DNA of 64,000 nt from Candidatus Limnocylindrales bacterium (GCA_036555445.1 DATBLH010000069.1:1339-65338), one strand, 5' to 3'. Positions 1 through 9,198 are shown, counted from the stretch's first letter. Numbers and translations are program-made. Notes: generated from the letters alone by a model not told the origin.

Positions 1-267
1 CTGGTCCGTGGCGACGTCGGAGAGGAGCTGGCGGGGCTACGGACCGTGTTCCCCGGCGACATGGACCTCGGCGGAGCCCGGCTGGCGTCCGAGTTCGTTC
101 GCCGCGGCCTCGTGGACGAGTACCAGCTCCTCGTCCATCCCGTGGTCATCGGCGCCGGCACGCCCTACTTCCCTCAGCTGGAGACGCCGCTCCGTCTGCG
201 CCTGCTCGAAGAGCGGTCGTTCTCGTCCGGCGTCACGCTCCTTCGGTACGAACCCGTCGGGCGGTGA
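1..267 (+). CDS. dihydrofolate reductase-family protein (RibD C-terminal domain type), 3' end only; gene starts upstream of window
   Basis: Frame 1 is open from base 1 to TGA 265-267. The tail ...RGLVDEYQLLVHPVVIGAGTPYFPQLE... is the conserved C-terminus of this family and is paralogous to 4587..5174. The stop overlaps the next start (GTGA). Confidence 0.75.
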   Translation: MVRGDVGEELAGLRTVFPGDMDLGGARLASEFVRRGLVDEYQLLVHPVVIGAGTPYFPQLETPLRLRLLEERSFSSGVTLLRYEPVGR

Positions 268-1094
268 CGGTCCGCGAGGTTGCCCTGGCCGACGGTCGGC
301 GGCTGATGGCACATGACGCGGGAGGCACGGGGTCAACGGCCGAACTGGTCCTGGTCTGGCATCACGGATCGCCGCAGACCGGGGAGCTTCTCGCGCCGCT
401 CGTCGATGCCGCCCGGGAGCGTGGGATCAGGCTGGTCTCGTACGCGCGACCGAGCTACGGCGGCTCCAGCCCCAGGCGTGGCCGGGACGTTGCATCGGCG
501 GCCGGGGACGTGGCGGCCGTGGCCGACGCCCTGGGCATCGATCGCTTCGCCGTCATGGGTGCGTCCGGTGGCGGTCCGCACGCCCTCGCCTGCGCCGCCC
601 TGCTGCCGGATCGGGTGATCGGTGCCGCGTGCCTGGCGTGTCCCGCTCCGTACACGACGGAGTTCGACTGGTTCGCCGGCATGGTCGCCCCCGGCGCCCT
701 GCGATCGGCCCTCTCCGGACGCGAGGCACGCGAAGCCTACGACCTCACGGATCAGTTCGATCCAACCCAGTTCACGGCCGCCGACTGGGCTGCGCTCGAG
801 AGGACCTGGGCGCCGCTCGGGCACGACGCCCAGCGGGCGTCAGCTGCCGGCTCCGAGGGCCTGATCGATGACGACCTGGCGTTCGTCGCCCCGTGGGGCT
901 TCGAACTCTCCGACATCACCGCCCCGGTCCTGATCGTCCAGGGTGGTGAGGACCGCGTGATCCCACCCGATCATGCCGAGGCGCTGTCCCGGGCCATCCC
1001 GTCGGCCGAGCTGTGGCTCAGGGCCGGCGACGGCCACGTCTCCATCCTCGACGCTTCGCCGCATGCGATGGACTGGCTGCGGGCGCTAGCCTAG
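264..1094 (+). CDS. alpha/beta hydrolase
   Basis: 276 aa, GC3-rich. WHHGSPQTG oxyanion-region motif, GASGGG nucleophile elbow (G-x-S-x-G), C-terminal GDGHVS histidine region. Confidence 0.8.
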   Translation: MTVREVALADGRRLMAHDAGGTGSTAELVLVWHHGSPQTGELLAPLVDAARERGIRLVSYARPSYGGSSPRRGRDVASAAGDVAAVADALGIDRFAVMGASGGGPHALACAALLPDRVIGAACLACPAPYTTEFDWFAGMVAPGALRSALSGREAREAYDLTDQFDPTQFTAADWAALERTWAPLGHDAQRASAAGSEGLIDDDLAFVAPWGFELSDITAPVLIVQGGEDRVIPPDHAEALSRAIPSAELWLRAGDGHVSILDASPHAMDWLRALA

Positions 1095-1119
1095 GAGCGC
1101 CCCTCCAGGGAGCGTACCC

Positions 1120-1620
1120 ATGTCCGTCCGGCAGTTCTATGACCGCTGGCCGCAGTACAACCGCCGCCTGGCCGAGGTGGTCGGCGCGATGTCCGACGAT
1201 CAGCTCGCGGTCCGGCCGGCCCCGGATCGCTGGCCGATCTGGGCGACCGTCGGGCACACGGCTGCGGCCCGCGTCTACTGGCTGTGCGCGGTCCTCGGTG
1301 AGCCCGGGGCCAACCTGACGCCGTTCGACCCGTCCGTCGAGGAGGGCTGGGAGGATGACCTCGACCACCCGCGGAACGCCGGGGAGCTGGCCACGGCACT
1401 CGACACGACCTGGGCCGTCGTCGAGGGCTGCCTGGACCGCTGGACACCGGCGATCCTCGACGAGGAGGTCGAGCGCTTCTACGGCGACACTCGGCAACTC
1501 CACTCGCGGGCCTCGATCCTGCAACGCCTGATGACGCACGAGGCGTACCACTGCGGTGAACTGTCGCAGACGCTCGGGATCCACGGTCTGCCCCAGATCG
1601 ATCTCTGGCGCCCCGACTGA
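1120..1620 (+). CDS. DinB family protein
   Basis: 166 aa. ...DRWPIWATVGHTAAARVYW... and C-terminal HEAYHCGEL fit the His-bearing DinB/DinB_2 four-helix pattern. Confidence 0.75.
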   Translation: MSVRQFYDRWPQYNRRLAEVVGAMSDDQLAVRPAPDRWPIWATVGHTAAARVYWLCAVLGEPGANLTPFDPSVEEGWEDDLDHPRNAGELATALDTTWAVVEGCLDRWTPAILDEEVERFYGDTRQLHSRASILQRLMTHEAYHCGELSQTLGIHGLPQIDLWRPD

Positions 1621-1636
1621 ACCGCCGAGCCGCGCC

Positions 1637-2617
1637 TCAGGGCGTGACGATGACCTTGCCCTTGGCCCGACCCTCGTCGACGTGGCGGAGGGCATCCACC
1701 ACGTCGCTGAGCGGGTAGCGGCGGTCGATCGCCGGCTTGACCTTCCCGGCGGCGACGAGCCCCAGCAACGTCTCCACATCCGGAGCATGGAATGGCTTCC
1801 ACCACAGCAGCAGGCCCATCGAGTGACCGCTCGCCTTGCCGATCAGCGGCGCCAGGAGCATCGCTGCGAAGATCGGGAACGAGGTGCCGCCGAGGGTGAC
1901 GTAGACGCCATTGGGTCGCAGCGCTCGGAGGACGGAGAACGTCGAGTGGTGGGAATCCGTGTCCACGATCCAGTCATACCGCTGGCCGCTCTTCGTGTAA
2001 TCGGTCGTCCGATAGTCGATGACGTGGTCGGCGCCGAGCGAGCGCACGAACTCGACCTTCTCGGTGCGGCACACGCCGGTGACCTCGGCGCCCATCGACT
2101 TCGCGATCTGGACCGCGAACGGGCCGACGTTGCCCGAGGCACCGTCGATCAGCACCCGGTCACCCGCCCGAATCGTTCGACCGCTCCGGAGCCGGAGACC
2201 CTGCAGCGCGAGCACGGCAGAGTGCGGCAGCGTGGCGGCATCCTCGAAGGTCATCCCGTCCGGGATTGACGCGAACGCCTTCTCGCTGGCGCAGACGTAC
2301 TCGCCGAATGCACCCGACCCGAACGAGAACAGGTCCGCGAAAACCCGATCGCCCGCCTGGAAGCGGGTCGTCCCCGATCCGACGGCTTCCACGACGCCGG
2401 AAACGTCGATCCCCAACCGCCGGACACGGGGCGCTCGAAGGCCCATGAACGCGCGGGCAAATCCAGGTCGCGGGCCGAGGGAGTCCAGGTCCGCACGGTT
2501 GACGGACGCCGCCTCCACGCGAACGAGCACCTCATCGCCAGCGGGCTCGGGCATCTCGATCTCCTTCAGCCGGACAACGTCGATCGGGCCGTACTCGTCG
2601 CGGAGCGCTGCCTTCAT
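1637..2617 (-). CDS. NAD(P)H-dependent zinc-type alcohol dehydrogenase / quinone oxidoreductase (MDR superfamily)
   Basis: Start placed at MKAALRDEYG (ATG, CAT at 2615-2617), not at the ORF-track start 3211, whose first 198 aa are Arg/Pro/Ser noise. Motifs DEVLVRVEAASVNRADL and the GASGNVG cofactor loop. Confidence 0.85.
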   Translation of the reverse strand: MKAALRDEYGPIDVVRLKEIEMPEPAGDEVLVRVEAASVNRADLDSLGPRPGFARAFMGLRAPRVRRLGIDVSGVVEAVGSGTTRFQAGDRVFADLFSFGSGAFGEYVCASEKAFASIPDGMTFEDAATLPHSAVLALQGLRLRSGRTIRAGDRVLIDGASGNVGPFAVQIAKSMGAEVTGVCRTEKVEFVRSLGADHVIDYRTTDYTKSGQRYDWIVDTDSHHSTFSVLRALRPNGVYVTLGGTSFPIFAAMLLAPLIGKASGHSMGLLLWWKPFHAPDVETLLGLVAAGKVKPAIDRRYPLSDVVDALRHVDEGRAKGKVIVTP

Positions 2618-2774
2618 CCCGTCATTGAACGGCGTGGTTCGCTCGGAGGCAAGCCGGGAGGCGTCTTCCTCCTGGCCATCGGAGCAAGCCCGGTCGCCGC
2701 CGACCTGCGCGCCCTCGACACGGCAGTGCTGGCCAACCTGCTGCGGCTGTGGCCGATCGCCGTGGTCGCCAGCG

Positions 2775-3206
2775 GTGCGACGCTCGCGCTCCGGCGGACC
2801 CGGCTGGGGCTTCCAGCCGGCATGGCTAGCCGATCGCGGCCTCGAACAGATCCCACTGGCCGGGGACACCGCGCAGACCGACGGGTCCCAGGGGCACGTC
2901 CAGGTCTCGGTCAGGCCGAGCCATGGCCGGCGAGGCGTGGGCCGGGCGCTCATCGACCACCTGGACGCGTGGGCGTCCGCCCATCGACCTCCCGCACTGA
3001 CGCTGACCACGTTCGCCGGCGTGCCCTGGAACGCACCCCTGTACCGGCGCCTGGGGTTCCGACCCCTCGCCGTGGGCGAGCTCACGCCGGGCCTTCGGAC
3101 GATTCGCGCCCGAGAGGCCGCGGCCGGCCTGGACCGCTGGCCGCGCGTAGCGATGCTCAGGCCCGTCCGGGGTCGACCTCCAAAGTCTGCGACCATCAAC
3201 CGATGA
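2775..3206 (+). CDS. GNAT family N-acetyltransferase (C-terminal domain clear; reading frame appears to change near 2820, possible frameshift/pseudogene)
   Basis: Frame 3 from about 2823 carries GNAT motif A (VSVRPSHGRRGVGRALIDHL) and ...APLYRRLGF. The first canonical in-frame start is GTG 2775. Upstream GC3-rich coding signal lies in frame 2 (2642-2824). TGA 3204-3206 overlaps the next ATG (ATGA). Confidence 0.55.
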   Translation: MRRSRSGGPGWGFQPAWLADRGLEQIPLAGDTAQTDGSQGHVQVSVRPSHGRRGVGRALIDHLDAWASAHRPPALTLTTFAGVPWNAPLYRRLGFRPLAVGELTPGLRTIRAREAAAGLDRWPRVAMLRPVRGRPPKSATINR

Positions 3207-4096
3207 CCCAACGTGGACTGGTCCTGTTCGCCCTGATGTCCGTGATCTGGGGCATCCCGTACCTGTTCATCCGGGTGGCCGTCCAGGAGATCTCACCGGC
3301 CACGCTCGTGCTCGCCCGGACCGGACTGGCGGCGGCCATCCTCCTTCCGATCGCCCTCGCCCGGGTCGACCTGCGACAGGTCCTTGCCCGGTGGCCGTGG
3401 GTCGTGGCGTTCGCGGCGATCGAGATCGCGATCCCGTGGATTGCGCTCGGCTCCGCCGAGCAGCACATCTCGAGCTCCCTCGCAGGGCTGCTGATCGCCG
3501 GCGTCCCGCTCGTGGGCATCGCCATCGCGTTCACCACGGGCGGTGCCGACCGATTGGGACGGACGGGCCTCCTGGGACTCCTGATCGGGCTCCTGGGCGT
3601 GGCGGCGATCGTGGGCGGCGACTACTCGACCTCCGACCCGACCGCGCTCCTCCAGATCGGCGTCGTCGTGGTCTGCTATGCGCTCGGGCCGGCGATCCTC
3701 TCGCGCCGCCTGGGTGGGATCCCGTCGCTGGGCGTGATGGCGCTGTCGCTGGCCCTGTCGGCCCTCGCCTACATTCCGATCGCGGTCGGCCAGCTGCCGA
3801 CGACGATGCCGTCGGTCAACGTCATCGCATCGATCGTCGTCCTCGGCGTCGTGTGCTCGGCCGCGGCGTTCCTCCTGTTCGCCGCCCTGATCGACGAGGT
3901 CGGCCCGGTCCGCGCCACCGTCATCACCTATGTCAACCCGGCCGTGGCCGCGGTCCTCGGCGTCCTCGTGCTCCGGGAGACGTTCACGGTCGCGATGGGC
4001 GTCGGGTTCGTGCTCGTCATCCTGGGATCCGCGCTTGCGACCCGCCCTGGCAGGGTAGACGAGGCCTTCCTCGCGCCGGTTGCGGGAGAATCCTGA
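3203..4096 (+). CDS. DMT superfamily (EamA-like) transporter
   Basis: 297 aa, about 10 hydrophobic segments. The N-terminus MTQRGLVLFALMSVIWGIPYLFIRV is typical of EamA repeats. Confidence 0.85.
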   Translation: MTQRGLVLFALMSVIWGIPYLFIRVAVQEISPATLVLARTGLAAAILLPIALARVDLRQVLARWPWVVAFAAIEIAIPWIALGSAEQHISSSLAGLLIAGVPLVGIAIAFTTGGADRLGRTGLLGLLIGLLGVAAIVGGDYSTSDPTALLQIGVVVVCYALGPAILSRRLGGIPSLGVMALSLALSALAYIPIAVGQLPTTMPSVNVIASIVVLGVVCSAAAFLLFAALIDEVGPVRATVITYVNPAVAAVLGVLVLRETFTVAMGVGFVLVILGSALATRPGRVDEAFLAPVAGES

Positions 4097-4133
4097 GCTG
4101 AACCCCCGCTCTCGAACGACCGAGGAGGCCACG

Positions 4134-4502
4134 ATGAACTTCAACAGCATCCTGATCGGTACCGAGGATCCGGGCCGGCTTGCGGCCTACTACACGAAGT
4201 TGTTCGGCGAGCCATCATGGAACTACGGCGGGTATGTGGGCTGGATGATCGGCAGTGGCGCGATCACGATCGGCCCCCACGACCAGGTCCACGGCAGGAA
4301 CGAACAGCCGGGGCGCCTGATCTGGAACATCGAGAGCCAGGATGTGCCGGGCGACTTTGCTCGATTCAAGGCCGCCGGCGCCACCGTCGTCCGCGAGCCA
4401 TACGAGTTCGAGGGCTCGCCGGGCGCCTGGATCGCCACCCTCGCCGATCCGGACGACAACTACTTCCAGCTCGCAAGCCCGATGACCCCGAGTGACGACT
4501 GA
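4134..4502 (+). CDS. VOC (glyoxalase/bleomycin-resistance fold) family protein
   Basis: ATG 4134 preceded by GAGGAGG (4122-4128). Ends ...WIATLADPDDNYFQL, the typical VOC C-terminal strand. Confidence 0.8.
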   Translation: MNFNSILIGTEDPGRLAAYYTKLFGEPSWNYGGYVGWMIGSGAITIGPHDQVHGRNEQPGRLIWNIESQDVPGDFARFKAAGATVVREPYEFEGSPGAWIATLADPDDNYFQLASPMTPSDD

Positions 4503-4586
4503 CGACTGACGCTCGACACTCGGGCTGTGGTCGAGAGCGTGCCAGGTCGCGCGCCGGAAGCCACGACCGCTGACGAGGATCGCTGG

Positions 4587-5174
4587 ATGCCGAGACGAAT
4601 CGTGGTCAACAACAGCCTCACGCTCGATGGCGTGATGCAGGCGCCGGGTGACCCCGACGAGGATCGACGGGGCGGCTTCGAGCACGGTGGCTGGGCCAAC
4701 GCGTACTTCGACCCGGTGATGGCCGAGGACGCATCGAAGGGGATGGCCGGCGGCGGCGCGATGCTGTTCGGCCGTCGAACCTACGCCCAGTTCGCCACCG
4801 TGTGGCCGAACATGCCCTCCGACAACATGTTCGCGAACGTCCTCAACGAGTCGCAGAAGTACGTCGCCTCCCGCACCCTTCGCGAGCCCCTCGACTGGCA
4901 GCCGGCGACGCTCCTTCGCGGTGATGCGGCAAACGCGATCGCCGAGCTCAAGGCCCAGGACGGGCCGGATATCGTGATCCTCGGCAGCGGTGACCTGATC
5001 CGGTCGCTCATGCCGCACCACCTGATCGACGAGTACCGGCTGCTGATCCACCCGCTGGTACTCGGGTCGGGGATCCGCCTGTTCACCGACGACACGACGC
5101 TCTCGAGGTTACGACTCGTGGACTCGAAGCCCACGACCACCGGCGTCATCATCGCAACCTACCGTCCGGAGTAG
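4587..5174 (+). CDS. dihydrofolate reductase-family protein (RibD C-terminal domain type)
   Basis: Start at MPRRIVVNNSLTLDGV (ATG 4587). ...MLFGRRTY...ILGSGDLIRSL...IDEYRLLIHPLVLGSG... Paralog of the fragment at 1..267. Confidence 0.85.
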   Translation: MPRRIVVNNSLTLDGVMQAPGDPDEDRRGGFEHGGWANAYFDPVMAEDASKGMAGGGAMLFGRRTYAQFATVWPNMPSDNMFANVLNESQKYVASRTLREPLDWQPATLLRGDAANAIAELKAQDGPDIVILGSGDLIRSLMPHHLIDEYRLLIHPLVLGSGIRLFTDDTTLSRLRLVDSKPTTTGVIIATYRPE

Positions 5175-5218
5175 CCACGGCCGACAGGCCGGCAGGCCGG
5201 GCCCCCACAATTGGGCCG

Positions 5219-6277
5219 GTGGATACAGGAGCGTTGACGTCCTGGCTCGATGCCCGGGTCGCGAGCCACGATTTCCGTGGCGTCGCCATGGTGTGGCGCA
5301 ACGGTTCGGCGGTGTTCTCGTACGCCGGCGGGATCGCCCATCGTGGGCACGCGGTGGCGGTCACCGAGCGTTCGCGCTTCGCGGTGGCGTCGATCACGAA
5401 GATGCCGGTCGCGATCGCGGCGCTCCGACTGGTGGAACGTGGGCTCGTCGCGATGAACCAGCCCCTGTTCGACGTCCTCCCGGAGGCCCAACGCACGAAG
5501 GCGATGACGCGGGAGCACACGCTCCATCACCTCCTGTCGCACACGTCGGGGCTGGCCAACTATCACGACGACGCCGACCCCACGCCGGCATCGTTCGTTG
5601 CAGCCCTGGACAAGGTCGGGAGCATGCACCTGCGGAGACCGGCGGACATGCTCCCATTGTTCTCGGATCTCGACGCCAGGCGACCACCGGGGGAGACGTA
5701 CGAGTACGCGGATGCCAACTTCATCCTCGCCGGCCTCGTCCTCGAGGCGGTGACGGGCCACCCATGGGACGAGGTCGTGGCCGGGGAGGTTTTCGGGCCC
5801 GCCGGGATGTCCGACACCGGGGTCCAGTCGATCGACGCCGACCCGGAGCGCCTCGCTGTCGGCTATCTCACCGACGACGGTCCGCCGGAGCGGTGGCGGA
5901 CGAACTACTTCAGCGTCACCGCGAACGGGATGCCCGACGGTGGGATGATCACCACGGCGCCCGACCTCGCGCGACTGATCGACGCGCTGCTGGACGGCCG
6001 GCTCCTCTCTCCTACCCTGCTCGACGCCATGACCTCGCCCCAGGGTCCGGTGTCGAGTGACCTGGAGCAATACGGGTACGGCTGCGAGCTCGTCGTCGAG
6101 AACGGCAAGGTCACGATCATCGGGCACGGGGGTGGCGACCCCGGCGTCTCGGCGATGCTGAGCCACCATCGCGCGGCGGCGACGACGATCGTCGTGCTCT
6201 GCAACCAGGACCGCGGCTCGTGGGCCGCAACGAAACGGATCGCCGAGCAGTTCGGCCTCCACGAGCCCCGTGAGTGA
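5219..6277 (+). CDS. serine hydrolase (beta-lactamase class C / PBP4*-like family)
   Basis: 352 aa. S-x-x-K active-site motif in FAVASITKMPVA. Also YEYADANF and HGGGDPG motifs. Confidence 0.85.
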   Translation: MDTGALTSWLDARVASHDFRGVAMVWRNGSAVFSYAGGIAHRGHAVAVTERSRFAVASITKMPVAIAALRLVERGLVAMNQPLFDVLPEAQRTKAMTREHTLHHLLSHTSGLANYHDDADPTPASFVAALDKVGSMHLRRPADMLPLFSDLDARRPPGETYEYADANFILAGLVLEAVTGHPWDEVVAGEVFGPAGMSDTGVQSIDADPERLAVGYLTDDGPPERWRTNYFSVTANGMPDGGMITTAPDLARLIDALLDGRLLSPTLLDAMTSPQGPVSSDLEQYGYGCELVVENGKVTIIGHGGGDPGVSAMLSHHRAAATTIVVLCNQDRGSWAATKRIAEQFGLHEPRE

Positions 6278-6326
6278 TGAGGCGATCGGTGCGAGAATCA
6301 CGCGTACGTCAGAGGAGGACGCAACG

Positions 6327-7097
6327 GTGGCCGATGCAGCGACTGCAATCCGCAACAAGCCTGCGTGGGTGGATCTCGCGACCAAGGACCCGGCCGCCGC
6401 CCGCGAGTTCTATGCCAAGGTCCTGGGCTGGCAGATCGAGGTCAATCCCGACCCGCAGTACGGAGGCTACGGACTGGCCAGGATCGGCGGCCAGGACGCC
6501 GCCGGGATCGGAGGCACCCAGTCCCCCGATCAGCCCACCGCATGGTCGTTCTACATCGGCACCGATGACCTTGCCGCCACCACCGAGCGCGTCAAGGCCG
6601 CCGGCGGCAGCGTCATGGCGGAGCCGTTCGACGTCGGCGATCAGGGCCGGATGGCGGTGTTCCAGGATCCGACCGGGGCGTTCATCTCCGCCTGGGAGCC
6701 CGCCCAGATGGGGGGCTTCCAGACCCAGGGCGCGAATGCCTTCGGCTGGGCGGAGCTCAATGCCCGTAGCGTCGAGAAGGCCCTGCCGTTCTACCGCGAG
6801 GTCTTCGGCTGGGACGCGAAGACGACCCCGTCCGAGCCCCAGCCGTACACGGAGTTCCAGGTGGCCGGCGAGAGCGTGGCCGGCGCCCTCGAGATGAGCG
6901 CCGACCTGCCGGCTGAGATGCCCAGCTACTGGATGGTGTACTTCAGCGTCGACGACGTCGACCGGTCGCACCAGGCGGCGCTCGACGCCGGCGCGCGATC
7001 GATCGTGGCGCCTCGGGACTTCCCGGGCGGACGGTTCGCGATCGTGAGCGATCCGCAGGGCGCGATGTTCGGGCTCCTCAAGGTGCCATCGCGCTGA
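6327..7097 (+). CDS. two-domain VOC family protein
   Basis: GTG 6327 lies 7 nt after AGAGGAGGA (6311-6319). There are two tandem glyoxalase-like halves (...PAWVDLATKD...MAVFQDPTGAFI... and ...FGWAELNARS...FAIVSDPQGAMF...). Confidence 0.8.
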   Translation: MADAATAIRNKPAWVDLATKDPAAAREFYAKVLGWQIEVNPDPQYGGYGLARIGGQDAAGIGGTQSPDQPTAWSFYIGTDDLAATTERVKAAGGSVMAEPFDVGDQGRMAVFQDPTGAFISAWEPAQMGGFQTQGANAFGWAELNARSVEKALPFYREVFGWDAKTTPSEPQPYTEFQVAGESVAGALEMSADLPAEMPSYWMVYFSVDDVDRSHQAALDAGARSIVAPRDFPGGRFAIVSDPQGAMFGLLKVPSR

Positions 7098-7151
7098 CAG
7101 CCCGCGGCGACCGGGATGAACTCTCCCGGTCGCCGTGGACGTTCCGGTCGT

Positions 7152-7637
7152 TCAGGCCGGGACGGCCTCATAGGCCTCGCGAAGTTTGGCGACGTCGATC
7201 TTCTTCATCTCCAGCATCGCCTCCATCGCGCGCGCGGCGGCATCGCGATCGGGGCTCTCGATCATCTCGTTGAGCTGGCGCGGGATGACCTGCCACGAGA
7301 CGCCGAAGCGGTCCTTGAGCCAGCCGCAGACCCCGTGAGAACCGCCACCCTCGACCAGCGCGTCCCAGTACCGATCGACCTCGGCCTGGTCGTCGCAGTC
7401 GATGGTGAACGAGATCGACTCGTTGAAGCGGAAGTCAGGACCGCCGTTGAGGCCGATGAACGGCTGGCCGGCGAGCGTGAACTCGACGGTCAGGACGTCC
7501 CCGGCACGCATGCTCGGGTTGTCGGCCGGTGACTTCACCACCTTGTCCACGTGGCTGTCGGGGAACAGCGATGTGTACAGGCGTGCAGCCTCTTCGGCCT
7601 GGCCATCGAACCACAGACAGGGTGCGATTGAACGCAT
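7152..7637 (-). CDS. VOC family protein, PhnB-like (3-demethylubiquinone-9 3-methyltransferase domain)
   Basis: 161 aa. MRSIAPCLWFDGQAEEAARLYTSLF...LNGGPDFRFNESISF...GWLKDRFGVSWQV is the signature of this family. Confidence 0.8.
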   Translation of the reverse strand: MRSIAPCLWFDGQAEEAARLYTSLFPDSHVDKVVKSPADNPSMRAGDVLTVEFTLAGQPFIGLNGGPDFRFNESISFTIDCDDQAEVDRYWDALVEGGGSHGVCGWLKDRFGVSWQVIPRQLNEMIESPDRDAAARAMEAMLEMKKIDVAKLREAYEAVPA

Positions 7638-7786
7638 GGCGACGTCCTCCTACACGGGTTGTTGTCGTCGCGGTCCACAAACCCTAGGCGCCGAAGCGCG
7701 GCCAGGGAACCATCGGGCCGGTGCGGCGGGTGTCAGATCCCTTGCGTCCGAACGCGTTGGATCGCCGACCGTGACACGATTCGGGG

Positions 7787-8011
7787 ATGCCGAAGACCGA
7801 AGATCCTGAACCGGCGCTCGACCACTACCCGAACGGGAACGTGCGCTTCAAGGGCGCGAACCTCGACGGCAGGATGCACGGGCCGTGGGAGTTCTTCCGG
7901 GCCGACGGATCGATGATGCGCAGCGGTTCGTTCGATCGTGGCAGGCAGGTCGGCGTGTGGCGGACATACGACCGCAACGGGAAGCTGGTCAAGGAGACCG
8001 AGTTCTCCTAG
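7787..8011 (+). CDS. MORN-repeat-variant small protein (YwqK-like)
   Basis: 74 aa with repeated G-x-W-x-x-[FY]-x-x-[DN]-G units (HGPWEFFRADGS, GVWRTYDRNGK). Confidence 0.6.
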   Translation: MPKTEDPEPALDHYPNGNVRFKGANLDGRMHGPWEFFRADGSMMRSGSFDRGRQVGVWRTYDRNGKLVKETEFS

Positions 8012-8030
8012 GGATCGCGGCGGTGGACGT

Positions 8031-8459
8031 CTAGGCTCCGAACCGCCCCCGGTGCTCGACCGGGATCAGCGGCTTGTCCGCACGAGCCTTGAGCTGTTGG
8101 ACCGCCCAGGTGTTGCCGTCCGGGTCGCTGAACCCGAAGAACGTGCCGCCGTCGTCGGGCGAGAACACCATGAGGTCGCTGCACTCGACGCCGCGGCCGA
8201 CGAGCTCGGCACGCGCGGCGTCCGCGTCCGCAACCACCAGCTGCAGGCCGCGCAGGGAGCCCGGTGCCATCTCGCGCTGAGCCGGCAGATCCCCGAACAC
8301 GATCGAGCAGCCGGAGCCGCGCGGCGTCAGCTGGACGACGTGCATCTGTTCCGTCTTCGTGTCGTGGTCGAGGTCGAATCCGACCTTGTCGCGATAGAAG
8401 GCGATCGATGCCTCGATGTCGCTCACGGGGAGGATCACGACTTCCAGAGTCCAGTCCAT
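8031..8459 (-). CDS. VOC family protein (paralog group A)
   Basis: 142 aa. MDWTLEVVILPVSDIEASIAFYRDKVGF...FSDPDGNTWAVQQ. Close paralog of 19643..20062 and 23658..24029. Confidence 0.8.
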   Translation of the reverse strand: MDWTLEVVILPVSDIEASIAFYRDKVGFDLDHDTKTEQMHVVQLTPRGSGCSIVFGDLPAQREMAPGSLRGLQLVVADADAARAELVGRGVECSDLMVFSPDDGGTFFGFSDPDGNTWAVQQLKARADKPLIPVEHRGRFGA

Positions 8460-8486
8460 GGGAATCTCCAGTCAGGGCGGGGCGAT

Positions 8487-9077
8487 TCAGAGTCGGAGGC
8501 CCATGAGGAGCGACGACTCCATGCGATGGACCTCGCTGAAGCCGAGGTGGCGGTAGAACGCTATCGCGTTTTCGTTTTCGGACGCGACGTCGAGATGGAC
8601 TCCCGGCGAGGCACGGGTGCGCAGGGTCTCGAGGAGGCCGTCGACGAGCCGACGGCCATAGCCGCGGCCACGGGCCCGTTCCAGCAGGTCGATGTGGAGC
8701 TGCGCTGGATAGGCCTCGACGATCGCATCCGGCACCCGCGCGGGAGCGTGGATCAGCCGGATGATCTCGTCGTCGGGCGTGTTGCCGCCCGTCTCCGGGT
8801 ACTGCCTCCGCAGCGGCGGCCACCAGTGGTGCTCTGCCCAGTCCTCGAAGGCTCTGGTGTCGGCGGTCGCCAGCAGGTATCCGGCGATCCCCTCGTCGTC
8901 GGCCACGACGCTGGCCAGGTCCGGTTCGCCGACGACGTACGGACCCACGTATAGGTGTCCGAGGAGGTCCGGATTCCGGAATCTCGCGGTCGCGTCGCGG
9001 CCGGCGTCCCCGGTCATCAGACAGACCCGGTAGACCCCCGGCAGGTCCTGGAGCGTGGCCGGTCGGATCGGGCTCAC
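8487..9077 (-). CDS. GNAT family N-acetyltransferase
   Basis: 196 aa. Motif A region LLERARGRGYGRRLVDGLL and ...NAIAFYRHLGF. Confidence 0.8.
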   Translation of the reverse strand: MSPIRPATLQDLPGVYRVCLMTGDAGRDATARFRNPDLLGHLYVGPYVVGEPDLASVVADDEGIAGYLLATADTRAFEDWAEHHWWPPLRRQYPETGGNTPDDEIIRLIHAPARVPDAIVEAYPAQLHIDLLERARGRGYGRRLVDGLLETLRTRASPGVHLDVASENENAIAFYRHLGFSEVHRMESSLLMGLRL

Positions 9078-9101
9078 CCGACCACACTAGCGGGTCCGAA
9101 C

Positions 9102-9117
9102 AGTGGTCTACAGCACG
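9102..9117. promoter_or_regulatory. dre-like (DasR/NagR-type GntR/HutC) operator candidate, site 1
   Basis: AGTGGTCTACAGCACG in the divergent GNAT/gntR intergenic region. The left half matches the ACTGGTCTA half of the DasR-responsive element. AGTGGTCTA is repeated 44 bp downstream. Confidence 0.45.
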
Positions 9118-9145
9118 TTCTCTCTCATGAGGCCGAGATGGCCGA

Positions 9146-9161
9146 AGTGGTCTAGCAGGCC
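9146..9161. promoter_or_regulatory. dre-like operator candidate, site 2
   Basis: AGTGGTCTAGCAGGCC, 38 nt upstream of the gntR GTG. The first 10 nt match the dre consensus at 9/10 positions. Confidence 0.45.
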
Positions 9162-9198
9162 GTTGTCAGCGAGCCTGCCGGCAACCTAGACTCCGTGG

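Noticed and set aside
1637-3211. The ORF-track N-terminal extensions of real genes: MDR 1637-3211 (198 extra aa), ribF 48923-50164 (144 extra aa), rbfA 51706-52773 (180 extra aa), and also nusA, frr, pyrH, asd, RraA, yajQ and the oxidoreductase.
   Set aside because: The extensions are low-complexity Arg/Pro/Ser sequence that overlaps neighbouring genes. Internal starts with an RBS or 4-nt start/stop overlaps give proteins of canonical length and canonical N-termini.
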